Positions 50,013-63,893 of a stretch of DNA of 64,000 nucleotides are shown one piece after another; the stretch's first letter is position 1; the number at the start of each line of letters is the position of its first letter. Origin of the DNA: a virus. Where the stretch lies: the IMG/VR virus record IMGVR_UViG_3300047481_001036. One strand, written 5' to 3'. Under the pieces are notes generated by a model that made no database searches, was not told the DNA's origin, and saw only the letters and a list, made by a program, of their open reading frames with translations. A program made the position numbers and the translations under genes.

Positions 50013-53000
50013 ATGAACCCACAAATGAATACCAAATCAGATTCTAATAGTTTCCAGCAATATGCTATCAAAGTGGCCGATTATATAGAGATGGAATATG
50101 GGGGTTTTGATAGTGATACTGTTATGACCGATGATGAAAAATATACTGTGCGAAATATTCTAACAGCATATCACGAAACTAATGATAGTATAAATAATGC
50201 GGCTAATAGTGTTATGACTTATCTAAGGAAGAATAAAGTTTGGAAGGAGAATAACTAATGGGGAAATTGGTCAAATCTGAAACAACATCTTTGCCTATCA
50301 GTGATGGTCTGGTAATGTATTTGTATGATGCTGGTGATAGTTGTGGAAATTATTCAAGAGTAGATTTTGTTAACTATTCTAACTATAATGATTTTCTCAT
50401 GATAATGGATAGGTCTAAATTGAAAGAAGTGGCCGAATTTATTTTGAAATATTTGGATAACGAATGAAATATACTGATCCACCTTATCTTTGTGATTATC
50501 TTAATTTCTTTATTGAGAAAAGAACAAAGCCAATCATTAATCAAAAGAGTAAAGAATACGTTGTTGCTTTTCATCCTAGAAATGGATTTTTTGAGGAACC
50601 TCCATTGTCTAGGGAAGATTTGAAAGGGTTGGCCGATTTTATCTATAAGTATTTGGAGAATAACTAATGCAAGTTTATATTGTTATAGGCACTAAAGAAA
50701 ATGTTTATCAAGAGACTGTAGGTGGGGAATTTTTGCCTCATCCAGACAAGCAAATTATACGAGTATTTTCTAGCGGAGAACACGCTAGGCAGTTTGTGGC
50801 TACCTCAAAATTAGCCAAACCAACAAGAAAAGGTTACGGAGATACATCATACTATCGCGGTGGATATTATGATATGGAAATTGAAAGTCATATTATAGAC
50901 CAAAATTTGGAGAATAACTAATGGAAATTATTATTGACGAGAATATAAAAAGCGAAATTCAAGAGTTTCTTGTTAAGTGGAAAAATACTACCGAAAAAGA
51001 TATTGATCTATGGGATTTCTAATGGGGCGCTCTTGAACTTTTGGAACAGACTATCAAGGAGAATAAATAATGAAAATTGACCTTAAAAAAGATGATATTT
51101 TTCTCTTGATTGACTCTTTGTATAGTTACCAATTAGATATTGAACATGGAAATGATAATGGGTTTGAATACTCTTGGACTGAAGATCAAGTAATGAATTT
51201 AGTAGATAGATTAACTACATTTGTAGAGACTAAATCATGAGCAATTATTATTGTATAGATTGTGACGGCGATAATATTGGATGGGATGCTTGGGTAGATG
51301 AAAACGGCGAATTATTGGCTGGCCCATTTGATACTTGTCAATGTATGGATTGTGGCTCTGATAGCATAGAACAAAAGGGAGAATAATTAATGAAAAAGAA
51401 AAAAGTTACTAAAAAGCAAAAACCAATTGGGCGTAAACAAAAGATTGATGTTGTAATAGAATCATTGGTTCATCTTGAGCAAAGAGTAAAAGAACTAATA
51501 GATAGAGTAGAAAGTTTACATACGCAAGTATATTATCACCCAGAAAAAGCTGTGCCAAAAAAAATATTGGCCTAATGATTTTTACCGTTATCATGGACTT
51601 ACTAACAAAATGACCTTTTGCTAAAGAACAGTCTTGACAAACCCCGATACTGTGATATAGTGTTGGCGTGGACTTCAACCATTCTGGAGACTAAATAAAA
51701 TGGGTATGGGTAGTTTTGCGGTTAACAGTTTTGTTATTGGATATGATGATCTTAAAAAGATTGTTCCAGACGAAATATCGGCCATTGAGAATGAAAAATT
51801 CTTTAAAGAGATTGGGTGGGCAACTATTAGTCAGTGGTTGAGTTGGGATGACTTATCTGTTGTTGAGGATGCTATATTAGATTATTGTTTTGATGAAGAA
51901 AAAGACGATGACCATAACCAAAAGATAGCAGAAGAAGTCTCTCAAGTTTATGATAAGCATATCTCAGAGTTGAAGAATGTTTTTAATCAGAAAACCGGCC
52001 TAACTCTGTATTTCGACCATTATGATGAAGATAGTGGAGATAGGTATGATAATCCTAATGATAAGGACGGTTGCATATTCTGTGTGGATGGTATGGTGCA
52101 ACTAACTCCTGCGGGCGAAAAGTATAAGGACATTATAACTGAACGACGATGGACGCAGTACGGATAAAATATTGATTATAATGAGTCGCATGGGACTTTC
52201 CATGATGATAAGACGTATTCTTACCTACGGGAGACTAAACCAGACCGAATCGTGAAATAATAGTTCCAAATATCCTATTATTATAGCGGCCCTCTTTTAG
52301 TGGAATAAATTGTAGGGACGGGTGCAGTTGGTACATTATAGTCGATTTTATAAGGAAACAGAATGAATATCTCAATTGAACAACTCAAAAACCTAATAAT
52401 GAAATATGATTACGATCATGGAGAATATCCAGAGAGTGATTATGAGGGGCTTAGTGTTTATGAATTTATATGTCATGAATTAGGCATTAAATCTGATTTT
52501 GAGTACGATCATTTTAATAAAAAATATGCTAAGTTGTTAAAAGAAACTTTTAAGGAAAATAATAATGAGTCCACAACTTAGACAAAATATTCAAAAATTT
52601 TTAGTCGATTGTGATAATCCTACTAATGAAATTAGCCGTGAGGCTTATCTTTATAATAGCCTACAAACAGCCTTAAATTTTTTGAGGATGGCTATTATTG
52701 ATTATTATAAGATTGAATCTGACGAAAATGATCTACAATCTGCTACTAAAACTTGGATAGAAGCAGTCCAAAAATATTATGAGAATGAGCCAAATCGTAA
52801 AAAACTGACCCAAATATTCATGAGAGGATATTTTTCGGGTTGGAGTGAAAGGGAAGTGGCTACCCTAGCGGACAAATTATTTAAGAACAATCAAGATTAT
52901 CCATTGAGATAAAAATGCAGAGCAGTAAATCTAATACTAATAAAAGTTCGTTTAGAAGCGATGCTCTAAATATTCATTTCTTTCATCAAGGAATGATGTA

Positions 53001-53795
53001 TAATGATAAATATGGTATAATGTTTGGTCCAACTAAAGGTCATGCTAATCCTCCTATTTCTAGAGCAGAACTTAAATCTTTAGCTGATTTTATATATCAG
53101 TATTTGGAAAATCACTAATGAATAACTTGTCTACTTATAATATTCTTTGTGTTAGTTTCTATTTTAGTATCTTATTGGGAACACTAATGAATTTTATGGA
53201 AAAACCAGAATATAGTTTTCCTCCTAATATGGGGTGGATAGTTATGCTGGGTCTATTGACTATCTTAAATAAGGATAATAAATGAATGAACTTTATGATT
53301 ATCTACAAACTCTAATAGGCACAAAAAATTGTCCTATTATTTCTATTCATCCTGTTTTTGGAACAACGGAAAACTATTTTGAATTAACTATGAAAAATGG
53401 CGAGAATATAAGGGTATCAGAAAGTAAAATTTGTATAACTAAAGACTGGAGATATGCTAGACCGATGGTTGGTCTTGACGAAATGGGCCTACCAATTTTT
53501 ATAAACAGTTGGGATGACAAAGTAAAAAGGAGTCTAAATAATGAGTAAAACATATAAACTTGCATATATGATTGTGCCACTTTTGGCTATGGGATGCCAA
53601 CCAGATGTTTCCCAACTTAAACAATATAAAGTTACTATCACGAATTCTAATGGTATGATTCATAAAGAAAAGACTATTTATAGTACTAGTGTTCCAACTG
53701 TACATTTTATTGGAGATACTTTAATGTATTTTGATTGGCATGACAATAATTGGAGACAAAATAGATTGCCGGTTGGATGGTTAGCAGAAATATAG
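50013..53795 (+). CDS. block of translationally coupled small hypothetical genes
   Basis: Many ORFs joined by GGAGAATAAnTAATG-type junctions. Confidence 0.55.
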
Positions 53796-53994
53796 CCTAT
53801 AGTTGAACAAGAATAACTTATGGAGAATAAATAGTGAGTCCTCATCCTTTAGATACTGTTACGGTGTTTATCAATGATGCAGAAAAATATGGTCTTGTGC
53901 CAGAGGTTATTTTGTCTGCTCTTTTATATATGAAAAATAATCCAGATCGTGAAATTGAAGATGCGATAAGTTATGGTTTTTATGAGTGGATAAA

Positions 53995-54312
53995 ATGAAG
54001 CTATACATAGCAGTATTGGATGAATTTCCAGATTACATGACTCCAACTTTAGTAGCCCATGCTGTATTGGGGGCTCATTTAAAGTTTCAAGACAATGTAG
54101 ACTATCAGAATTGGTTAATTAATTCTTTCAAAAAATGTGTTGTTCGTGTTAATAAAAAAGAATTTGAAAAAATATGCGAATTACCAGAAGTTTATCTGGC
54201 TCATGAAAATCATACATTAAATGCTCAAAAATCTTGTGCAATTCCTGTGCCATGCGAAAACGTACTTTTGCCAAATGTATTAAAATACGCTAAATTATGG
54301 AAGCCTATATGA
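53995..54312 (+). CDS. peptidyl-tRNA hydrolase (Pth2)-like protein
   Basis: KLYIAV...LVAHA...YQNWL..SFKKCVVRV...A.PVP...KL fits the Pth2 fold pattern. Confidence 0.6.
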   Translation: MKLYIAVLDEFPDYMTPTLVAHAVLGAHLKFQDNVDYQNWLINSFKKCVVRVNKKEFEKICELPEVYLAHENHTLNAQKSCAIPVPCENVLLPNVLKYAKLWKPI

Positions 54313-54613
54313 CAAAAATATATAGTATTAGATTCAATGAATATTTTATGCAAAAACAATACGAGTCTTTAATAAAAAATGGTTATCATTGGAAACAAGC
54401 CGAAAAAATAATTATAAAACAATGGAGAGAACATGGTTATTGAAATAAGTCATCATTGGCAGTCAGATAAATATTTGTGGACTTTGTACGATGGGCCGGA
54501 TGGTATTGACAAAAGAGTAGGACAGTGCGATACTCTAGGAGAAGTTTTTGAAAAAGTGCTGGAAGCCAGATTGATTATAAAACAGTCTTATAAGTAAAAT
54601 TACTACTAATTTA

Positions 54614-55213
54614 GTGGAGCAAAAATTGAGTTCTATAATAACTATCGATCCCAAACAAATCACAAATTATCACAGAACTGATAATGAACTTCAAGCCTTT
54701 TGGCTGTTTTGTATTTTGGTTGCTGGAAAAAATTCAGATACTACAAGTAGAGTTATATCTAATATTATTAATGATCTTGAACCTTGGGATAGTCTATTCG
54801 ACGGCATACAACGAATAGGATATGAAGGTCTGAGAGATATTCTACATAAAAATAGAACTGGTCAATATGATCGTATTTCTAGGGCTATTTGGCAAAGTAT
54901 TAATTTAGATCTGAAAACTTGTAGTGTAGAAGATTTGGTAAAAATTCATGGAGTTGGGCCAAAAACTGCAAGATTTTTCTTATTGCATAGTAGAGAATTT
55001 TGTGATGAAATAGTATTGGATACTCATATTCTGAACTGGCTAAGAACCAGATGTAATATGATAGATGCACCACAGAATACTCCACAAAACCCTAAACAAT
55101 ATCAAGAGTGGGCTATTATTTGTAAACAGTTTATGGAACAATATTATCCGGGTCTTACTTTGTCTAAAATAGATCTATTAATCTGGACTGAAATGAGTGG
55201 TAGATTGGATTAA
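54614..55213 (+). CDS. HhH-GPD DNA glycosylase-like protein
   Basis: LVKIHGVGPKTARFFL...IVLDTHIL. Confidence 0.75.
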   Translation: MEQKLSSIITIDPKQITNYHRTDNELQAFWLFCILVAGKNSDTTSRVISNIINDLEPWDSLFDGIQRIGYEGLRDILHKNRTGQYDRISRAIWQSINLDLKTCSVEDLVKIHGVGPKTARFFLLHSREFCDEIVLDTHILNWLRTRCNMIDAPQNTPQNPKQYQEWAIICKQFMEQYYPGLTLSKIDLLIWTEMSGRLD

Positions 55214-55215
55214 AT

Positions 55216-55587
55216 ATGAATGGTATAAACATTCAAGGCCCGTGGTCTAGTCTTTTAATAAATGGTCAGAAAACCATCGAAACACGATCCTATCCACTAC
55301 CTAAAAAGTACAGAGATGTTACTTTGGCTCTCATAGAAACTCCCGGCGGTAAAAAATTTAAAAGTAGAATAATAGGAACTATTACTTTTAGTGACTCTTT
55401 TAAATATGACAATGAAACATCATGGGCATCTGACTATAATAGACATTATGTTAGACCAGATGATATTTACGGTTGGAACGATAAACCTAAGTATGGATGG
55501 ATTGTAAAACAAATTGTAAAATTTGATAAGCCGGTTGAGCCGCCCAAGAAAAGAGGAATTGTTTTTTCAAAAGATTGTATAGTATGA
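55216..55587 (+). CDS. ASCH-domain protein
   Basis: IQGPWSSLLINGQKTIETRS. Confidence 0.85.
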   Translation: MNGINIQGPWSSLLINGQKTIETRSYPLPKKYRDVTLALIETPGGKKFKSRIIGTITFSDSFKYDNETSWASDYNRHYVRPDDIYGWNDKPKYGWIVKQIVKFDKPVEPPKKRGIVFSKDCIV

Positions 55588-57192
55588 ATGATTTAGATAA
55601 AAAAGACTTGCTAGAACTAGCGAATATAATTAAAACTTCTGCCCATACTATTGGTGCAGTAAAGATCAAAGATGATAGGATTAGTAGCGATAGTTATATA
55701 ACTATTGTTGATGCTCTGAATGAAATTAAAGGCTGTGTGGATACTATTATTGAGATTGTAGAGAACAAACCTCATAAGATTGAAAGAATGTTTTAATGGA
55801 AGTAAATATAAAACAAGAACTAAAAAATCTAGATAGAACTAATTTATGTGATGTTAACGATCTGGTTCAAAAAATAATAGCTGATCTTATAGATATTCTT
55901 ATTACTACTGATAGTGAAGTAATGTTTGGAGCAGCCTCGGATTATATGATTGATCTAATTAATCCAGACCTTTTGGATTTTGATTCAAGAGAAGATTGAT
56001 AAACGCCGATACTATGGTATAAAGTGTCAGAGTTGACATTTTAGATAGTATCTGTGACGATAAGTGACATTTTTGGCACATTGGAGACATACAATGAATT
56101 TTTTTATTGAAAAACACGATATGAGTATTATTATTGATGCTCTAGAATTTATGCAAGAAACTATGAGGCAAAGAGAGTTATTTGGCCTTCCTAGTATCTG
56201 GCCCTATTCTAAGGAGGACATTGATATTTTGTCCCAAAGTTTTGATACTTCACTTGTGGAGAATACTAAATGAGTAAATTTATAAAATCTTTTGTTTTTG
56301 CTATTGTCTTGATTGGTTGTAGCACCTATAGTATTATTACTCCAAAAACTGCTTTTGCTATTAGTGATGAAGAAATCAATAAGATTTTGAAGGCTAAAGA
56401 AATTGTTAGAGGTATGGTGAACTATCCAGATACTTTGGTGTTTCATGAATTTTATACTAAAGTCAGAGGAGATATTGTTACTCTTAAATTCACTTGCAAA
56501 AATGGTTTCGGTGTTGCTGAAACTCATGTTATGGATATAAATACTCGTAAATGATACAATCTCATATATATACTGTAGATAATGGTCAAAATTATACTAT
56601 AGATTTTTTACGCACAAAAGACCAAATCAATTTTGAACATCACAAAAAAGTTCAGTTTTTATCTTATGACGATCTCTTAAAACTAAGAGATAATATTGAA
56701 AAAATAGTCATACATTTGACTTATGATAAACGATAGCATAAAGTTTAGAGTTGTACAAAATCCCATTAGTAAAAATATAACCCTTGAAATATATAGACCA
56801 TATGGTATTGATAATGACTGGATGAGAGTTGATTCATTTAATGAAATGACGGTGCAAGAATTAAAATATCTTACAGAATATTTGATCAAACTATTTAAAA
56901 CCAAATCAAGTAATTAATAATGTTAAAATCAATCATAGAATTTTTCTATACGCCTATATTTACTCAATCTTCTAATATATTTTATATAGGAAGAAAAAAA
57001 ATTCCTATCGCTGTCAGAAAAACCCAGCAAGGCTATACAATTAAATTAGGGTCAGGATTTGCTAGTTATACGTTAGATACAACATCTCAAGAACTATCTG
57101 CTCTTGCAAACTTTATTAATAGTAATTTGAAATAGTTCTCTATTGACAACAAGTGATAGTGTGGTATAGTCCAGATATACAGAGCGAAAACA

Positions 57193-57642
57193 ATGAAACA
57201 AACTATATCTTATTCTTGGTCAAAATTTGATAATGATATTATTTTTCTTTATCAGAAAATTCTATCACAACATTGGATACCGGATTATATAGTGGGTGTT
57301 AAACGAGGAGGTCTTGTTCCTGCTATTAAGCTTAGTCACCTATTATCAAAACCAATGATTATGATGAGTTATCAACTCAGAGACAGTATTGATAACTCTA
57401 TTAGACTATTAGAAGCACAAACTTTGCCTAAAGATAAAAATGTACTAATAGTAGATGATATATGTGATAGCGGTGAAACTATTACAGATATAATTCAAAA
57501 ATTCATAGAAGAAGGATTTAATTCGGTAAAAACTTGTGCATTATATTTTAATGATAAACAATCATTTAATATAGATTTTTTTGCAAATATAATTGATAGA
57601 AATACAAATGCTCAATGGATTATTTTTCCGTGGGAACAGTAA
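57193..57642 (+). CDS. xanthine/hypoxanthine-type phosphoribosyltransferase
   Basis: IVGVKRGGLVPA...VLIVDDICDSGET...WIIFPWE. Confidence 0.85.
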   Translation: MKQTISYSWSKFDNDIIFLYQKILSQHWIPDYIVGVKRGGLVPAIKLSHLLSKPMIMMSYQLRDSIDNSIRLLEAQTLPKDKNVLIVDDICDSGETITDIIQKFIEEGFNSVKTCALYFNDKQSFNIDFFANIIDRNTNAQWIIFPWEQ

Positions 57643-57654
57643 TTTGTACATTTA

Positions 57655-60600
57655 ATGTTTGAAAACCTTGATAGAGGAGTAATTATGAATAATGTCTCAT
57701 TGGACTATAAATCCGCTGCTATGGAGTGTGCTAGATATATATTTGATAGCGATTGTGAACAAGTATCATATCAAGAATATATTCAAGATGGTAATGACCC
57801 CAGAGAGCATATCCTCTATTGTGCCGCTATAGTTTTGGGTGAAACAGAAGATTTTCAAATTGATATTAAAGAATACCTTAAAGGAGAATAATGATGAATT
57901 CTATTCAAGAATTGCGTAAAGCAGGGTATAAGGTTAGGGTATTGCATTTTCGGGACAGAATAATTAAAAATAGGATGGATACCAGTGTCAATGGATACGA
58001 GTCGCCTAAAGGTGGATTTACTAAAATAGTAATAGACAGTCCAGATGGTAAGCACTATGAAGGAGAAGCATGGTGTAGTCCTAAAGATAATTATAGTAAA
58101 AAGCTGGGTGTAAGGATCGCACTAGGAAGATGTGGAGTATGTAATGAATCAGTTACTACAAAATAAATTGTATGAAAAATACCCTAAACTTTTTGAAAAT
58201 AGATATAAAACCATGCAAGAAAGTTGTATGTATTGGGGAGTGTCTACGGGTGATGGCTGGTTTCATATTATAGATGTATTATGTAATGGTATTCTTAATC
58301 ATGAAACATATATTATGAATCCTAAATGGCCTAGATATAATCCAAATTATATTCCGGTAACATTTGATCAAATTAAAGAAAAGTTTGGAGGACTAAGCGT
58401 TTATTACTCTGGTGGCGACGAATATGTAAAAGGTCTTGTTGCTATAGCACAACATATTAGTTATTATACTTGTGAAGTTTGTGGAGATAAAGGTTCAACC
58501 AATAAAACAGGCTGGATTTCAACTCTATGTGATAAGCATAGACAAGATAGGGTAAGCAAATGATTTTTCGCTCTAGATACAATTACTGGTGCTGCTCTAA
58601 AATAGCAGATTTTATTAGGGGTACTCCGAAACCATTTGCTTTAGAATGGGGAGAATGGGAAAATTGGCACAAAGAGGCTAAGTCCAAACATCCTTATAGA
58701 TATTGGCTAGCAGAAACAGGATTAAAGAATCTACAGAACATAGTCATGTTCCCCAGCGACCTGTATCATAGTATTGAAACCTATATTCATAATAGGTGGA
58801 TAAGCAAAACACATTTTCTGAATACTGGACTAGAGCCCGGTCATTATTATGAGTTTGATTATAGAGTCCTACATGGTTTATTTAATGAATTAGTGGATTA
58901 TGTGGAAATGGAATTGGCTCATGTTAGTAAATATAGTAAAGAAAAGAAATATAAATTCAAAAATGGTCGATGTGTAGAAGCCGCGATGGATTATTTTGAT
59001 TGGGCCTGTTCTTTGGTATATAATGAAGAATATGGAATATCTAAAGACGATGACCATTATGGACAAATTACTCCACAAGCATTGTCAGCCAGAAAAGTTA
59101 AAGAACTATATTTATGGTGGAAAGAAACAAGACCCAATAGAATCGAACCATATGATGCTGTAAATATGCAGAGATTTCAAGGTAATGAATTTTCTAGTAA
59201 AAAGTCTAAAGAAGAGATAAGAGCGATGCATAAAATGACTAAACTAGAAGAACAATATGATAAAGAAGATACTAACAAACTTATTGAACTAATTAAGATC
59301 AGAAAGGAAATTTGGACATGAAAGCTATTCTAGAATATAATTTACCTGATGATCAACACGAATATGAAGTGGCTATTCAGGCCCAAAAAATGCAATCTTT
59401 TATTTGGGATTTTAGTCAGCAACTTCGTTCATGGTATAAATATCATCATGAATTTAAAGATGCCGACGATGCATTAGATAAAATACGAGAAGAATTTTAT
59501 AAACTTATTAATGAACACCAAATAAATATTGATCTATGACTAATAATAAACAATATTCTAGTTCACCAGAACGAGGTTCTTTTTACCGTGGAATATGGAA
59601 AAAGCAATTAGTAGAGGGTAAGACCACACAAGAATTATATGATCAAATGATGAATATTCTTGATAAAGAAAAGGAAAGAGAAGGCGAAGAAGATAAGAGT
59701 TTTAATCTAGAATATGATTTGCGTTCTAATCCAGAAATTTTAAATAAAGCCAGAAATAGTGACACTTATAGTCAGAATTTATACGCAGCCCTTTGTAATA
59801 ATAGATTTTTTTATGGAGATAAGGAATGGACTTGTTCGTGGAGACACGCTGGCGGTATAATTGCTGATATGTTACAAAAAGGAGATTATATAGACTGGTA
59901 CTGTTCTGGTATTGGTTCAGATTCAGAAAATAGTCTTGGATATGTCGGAGAGAGTTTTGTAACAGAAGAAATCAGACTTGATTTACTTAAAATGGGATGG
60001 ATTGTAAAACCATATGAGAACATATAAAACTGTCAAAAGAAAAGTTGAAGATAAAATTTATTGTGATGTCTGCGTAGAAAATTGTACCACCGAACAATTA
60101 GGCTCAGAATATGCAACTCTTGAGGCTATTTGGGGATATTCGTCCGGTAAAGACGGCAAGAAGTATGATATTCATTTGTGTGAGAATTGTTTCGATGAAA
60201 CTATAGAATGGATGACAAAAAAGAGAAAAAGATTTTTGGGCTGTTTTAATTATCCTCATGCCAAAGACCCGTTAAAGGGCGAAGGTTATGATATACTATG
60301 AATAGAAAACAAAAAAGAACCAAAGAAAAAGGAGCCAAAGGAGTAAAAGGTTATCTTTTATATGACCCATTTAAAAAAAATCATTTTTTTAGAGTTCATA
60401 ACAAGAAAGATCCAGCTAAATTTAAAGATTATAAAATAACAGCAGAAGATATAGAAATCAAACTGCTATCTAATTTTAATTGTTTGGTAGAATTAGAAAA
60501 TGGAGACAAGATTTTAGATTATAGTTCAGAGGTTTTGGGCTATAAATGAGTGAATACTTTAAAAAAACAATAGAAGTATGTCAAGAACTTATTATAGATA

Positions 60601-60788
60601 TTCATTACAATCCTAATATATCTAAAAAACCATACTTATGTAGAGTTTTTGGTTATGATGGCTTAGTAGACGCTCGTTTAGACTCTAAAGAATTGTTAAG
60701 ATTAAGTGAGAGTTTAGCCGATTGTTTATTTGACAAACCAGACGTTAAAGACTATAATGACTGTTTTACTGAGAAAGACGAGAATTAG
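57655..60788 (+). CDS. block of hypothetical phage genes (nine ORFs, 75-253 aa)
   Basis: Overlapping co-oriented ORFs; includes the GDGW..QIKEKFGGL family (58132-58563). Confidence 0.6.
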
Positions 60789-60796
60789 GTAACGCA

Positions 60797-61402
60797 ATGA
60801 GTATAACACTTATAGGTGATGTTCATGGTAAGTATGAACGCTACCATAGAATCATTAGAGAAAAAGACAGACATCCATTTACTGTACAATTAGGTGACTT
60901 TGGTTTCAATTATGAAACATTAAAAAACGTCGATCCTAAACATCATGTATTTATAGGAGGTAATCACGACAACTATGATAAGGTTACGGATGTTCCTAAC
61001 TATCTTGGTGACTATGGATATATGGTGAACTTTAATAGCATAGATTTTTTCTATTATCGTGGAGCATGGAGTATCGATCAGATATACCGTACTATAGGAA
61101 TAGACTGGTGGGAACAAGAGCAGGTAAAAATTGAAAGCTTTATGAAGGCTAGAGAACTTTATCGTCAAGTTAAACCAGATATTGTATTAACTCATGATTG
61201 TCCAGAAAGTGTTGCCCATTATCTTATACCTCCAAATGGTAGGATATTTCAGCAAAATACTGGTTGGGCATTACAGGAACTATTCAATATACATCAGCCT
61301 AAATATTGGTATTTTGGACATTGGCATAAAAGTTGGTCTATGACTATTAATGGAACACAGTTTAAATGTCTAAATGAACTAGAGATTGACACCATAGGAT
61401 AG
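60797..61402 (+). CDS. calcineurin-like metallophosphoesterase
   Basis: GDVHG, LGD, GNHD, THDCP, GHWH. Confidence 0.9.
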   Translation: MSITLIGDVHGKYERYHRIIREKDRHPFTVQLGDFGFNYETLKNVDPKHHVFIGGNHDNYDKVTDVPNYLGDYGYMVNFNSIDFFYYRGAWSIDQIYRTIGIDWWEQEQVKIESFMKARELYRQVKPDIVLTHDCPESVAHYLIPPNGRIFQQNTGWALQELFNIHQPKYWYFGHWHKSWSMTINGTQFKCLNELEIDTIG

Positions 61403-61521
61403 TCTGGTATAATGGTATTGTTGATGCCGCAAGGTAGAGATCGCGGGTATTCTCACAATCAACTTCCGTAGACTTTTAGCACGGTTTTGTGTAAGACTGA
61501 AAATCTTGCTTTATTTTATAA

Positions 61522-63893
61522 TATGCTAACTGTAATTAAAAAACCCTATAATAGTATATTGATACAATCAGATTCTCAAAAAGAACTTGTTTATTCTTTA
61601 ATGAGATTTCAAGAGTATTATGAAAACCCTAAATTTAGACATCAAATTTTTACTATAGGAGTTTTAAAACAGTGGTATAGCCAACAATATGGAGCAGATA
61701 CTTATGCTAAAGATTGGGTAGGATTTAATTTTCCTAGTTATGTGTTAGATCCATTTAGGCAAGGACTATTTGATCCTCTTACCAAATATGAACAAGCAGT
61801 TATCGATCTGTTTAGATATAGAACCAACAATTTCTATATTATAGGTTCAAATAGTGACGAAGTAACGAAACACGAATTACACCATGCTTTATACTATTAT
61901 AGCACAGAGTATAAGACACATATTGACAAAATCTTTCAAAAATCAAAAAATTTGTCCGTTAAACAAGCAATAAGTAAACTGCTAAATAAAGGTTATCATA
62001 AAGAAGTAGTATATGATGAACTACAAGCATATATACTAGATGATGATCAAAATTTTATATCATCTATTATAGATTCTGGTATAAAAAGCAAGGTAACACG
62101 CCTCTATAATAAATACAAATGAGTGATGATACATACAAAATATTCGATTTCGGCAATAAGTCCACATTTATTGCATCATATAATCATAAAGATATCTGGA
62201 ATATAACGATTACTAATAAAAATAAAACCACAGAATTTAATCTTAATCACAAAGAAGCCGAACAATTATATTTTCTGTTGTTAGATACAATAGGAACACC
62301 ATCAGAAAGAGAAATAATTTAATTATGGATTGTCCCAATTGCGTAACTCCGTGGAAATGCAACGGGCCTCATATAGTTCAAACTTCAAGTGGGTATTATT
62401 CTAGTACTGATGGTATTTTTATTAAAGAATCTAATGAATGGAAATTTATTCCTAATGAAAAAAGTTTTTGTGGACATCATCTACTAGATATTGTTGATAT
62501 ATTAAATGTACTAAATAAAAGAGAATCAAAATATAAAAGTCAAAAGAAAAGATTAGAAGCGTTACAAAAACTAAGTGATTTAGATCAAGAACTAGGATTA
62601 ATGTAATGAAAACTGGATCAGTAGTTGTATTTGAACCAAAAAATTTTAATCCAGAATTTTGGAAACAATTTCCAGAAAAAGATAAGATTAAATATTATGG
62701 GTCTTTGGGTTACGGTTCAGACAGGAAAAAGTTTTTTGTATTTTTAACAGAAATTCATGCTGCTCCCGGTCATTGTTTGTTGGTTGATCTTGATGATGGT
62801 CATATAGAAACTATGAGACACATGGCAGATTTTAGAGAAGTATTACAGGACGAGTTTTGATTATGAGAAAAAGAAAAACCACTAGTGCTGCTAAAAAACC
62901 GCGATTCAACTGTGATGTTGATGGCGGCATCATGGTTACTTGTGCATTACGATACTCTCTTGGGAGGATGACTTATGTACCAGCAGCAGTTCAAGATTGG
63001 ATAAAAACTTATTGGGATGACCTTGATAGTCATACTAAGTTTAATGTAGTGAGAGATGTATTTCAACACCTACATGAAAATTATCGCATCAGAAATGACG
63101 CACAGTTTGTAGATGTTGTTAGCGATTATGATGCTAAAGAATGGGAAAAGTTTGGTATTGACAGATATTGGGCCTTAAGTTATGATGAGCGAAAGAGCAT
63201 TGATATGTACTTGGGAAGCCAAAGAAATAATGCTAAGTGGCTAACAATTTGGATGCCCAAACTTTACGAGAATCGCCATGAACTTTGAACAAGCAAGAGA
63301 ACTATCCTTTCTGGTCAAGTGGAAAGCCATCGAATGTTTTAGTGGGCCAGAATGTTGGTGCAGAATCATAGTTCCTGTTGAGCCAATATATTATAGTCAT
63401 CCAGAAAATCCAGATAACAAACATGAATATTCTATTGTTGACGCTGGGGCATTAGATCAACAGACCGCCGAATATATTGTGCGAATTCATAACGAAAACT
63501 ATGATAGAGTTCAGCAAAGTCTTAAACAAGAGTGGGATGGACTAAATACTGGGCCTAGAAGTATTAGCACTATAGAAATGAACGAAATGGTTGAAACTTT
63601 TGAAAAATTGTGGGAAAATAAACAGAGTAAAATTGGTAAAATAATAAGAAAAGAGATAGATTAAAATGAGTTGGAATCATCGTGTAATTCGTAGAACTTA
63701 TTCTGATACTCATATGTATGAGATTCACGAGGTTTACTATGATAAAAAAGGAAAGATTAATGGTCTGACTGAAGAACCTATAAGAATTAGTGAAGAAACT
63801 GTGGGCGATCTAAGAAAAACGGTCGAGCGATTGACAAAGTGTTTGGAGAGTCCTATAATTGACTACGACACGTTACAGGAAATCAAGGAATAA
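61522..63893 (+). CDS. block of hypothetical phage genes (seven ORFs)
   Basis: Co-oriented ORFs; the first contains an HELHH metal-binding-like motif. Confidence 0.55.
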
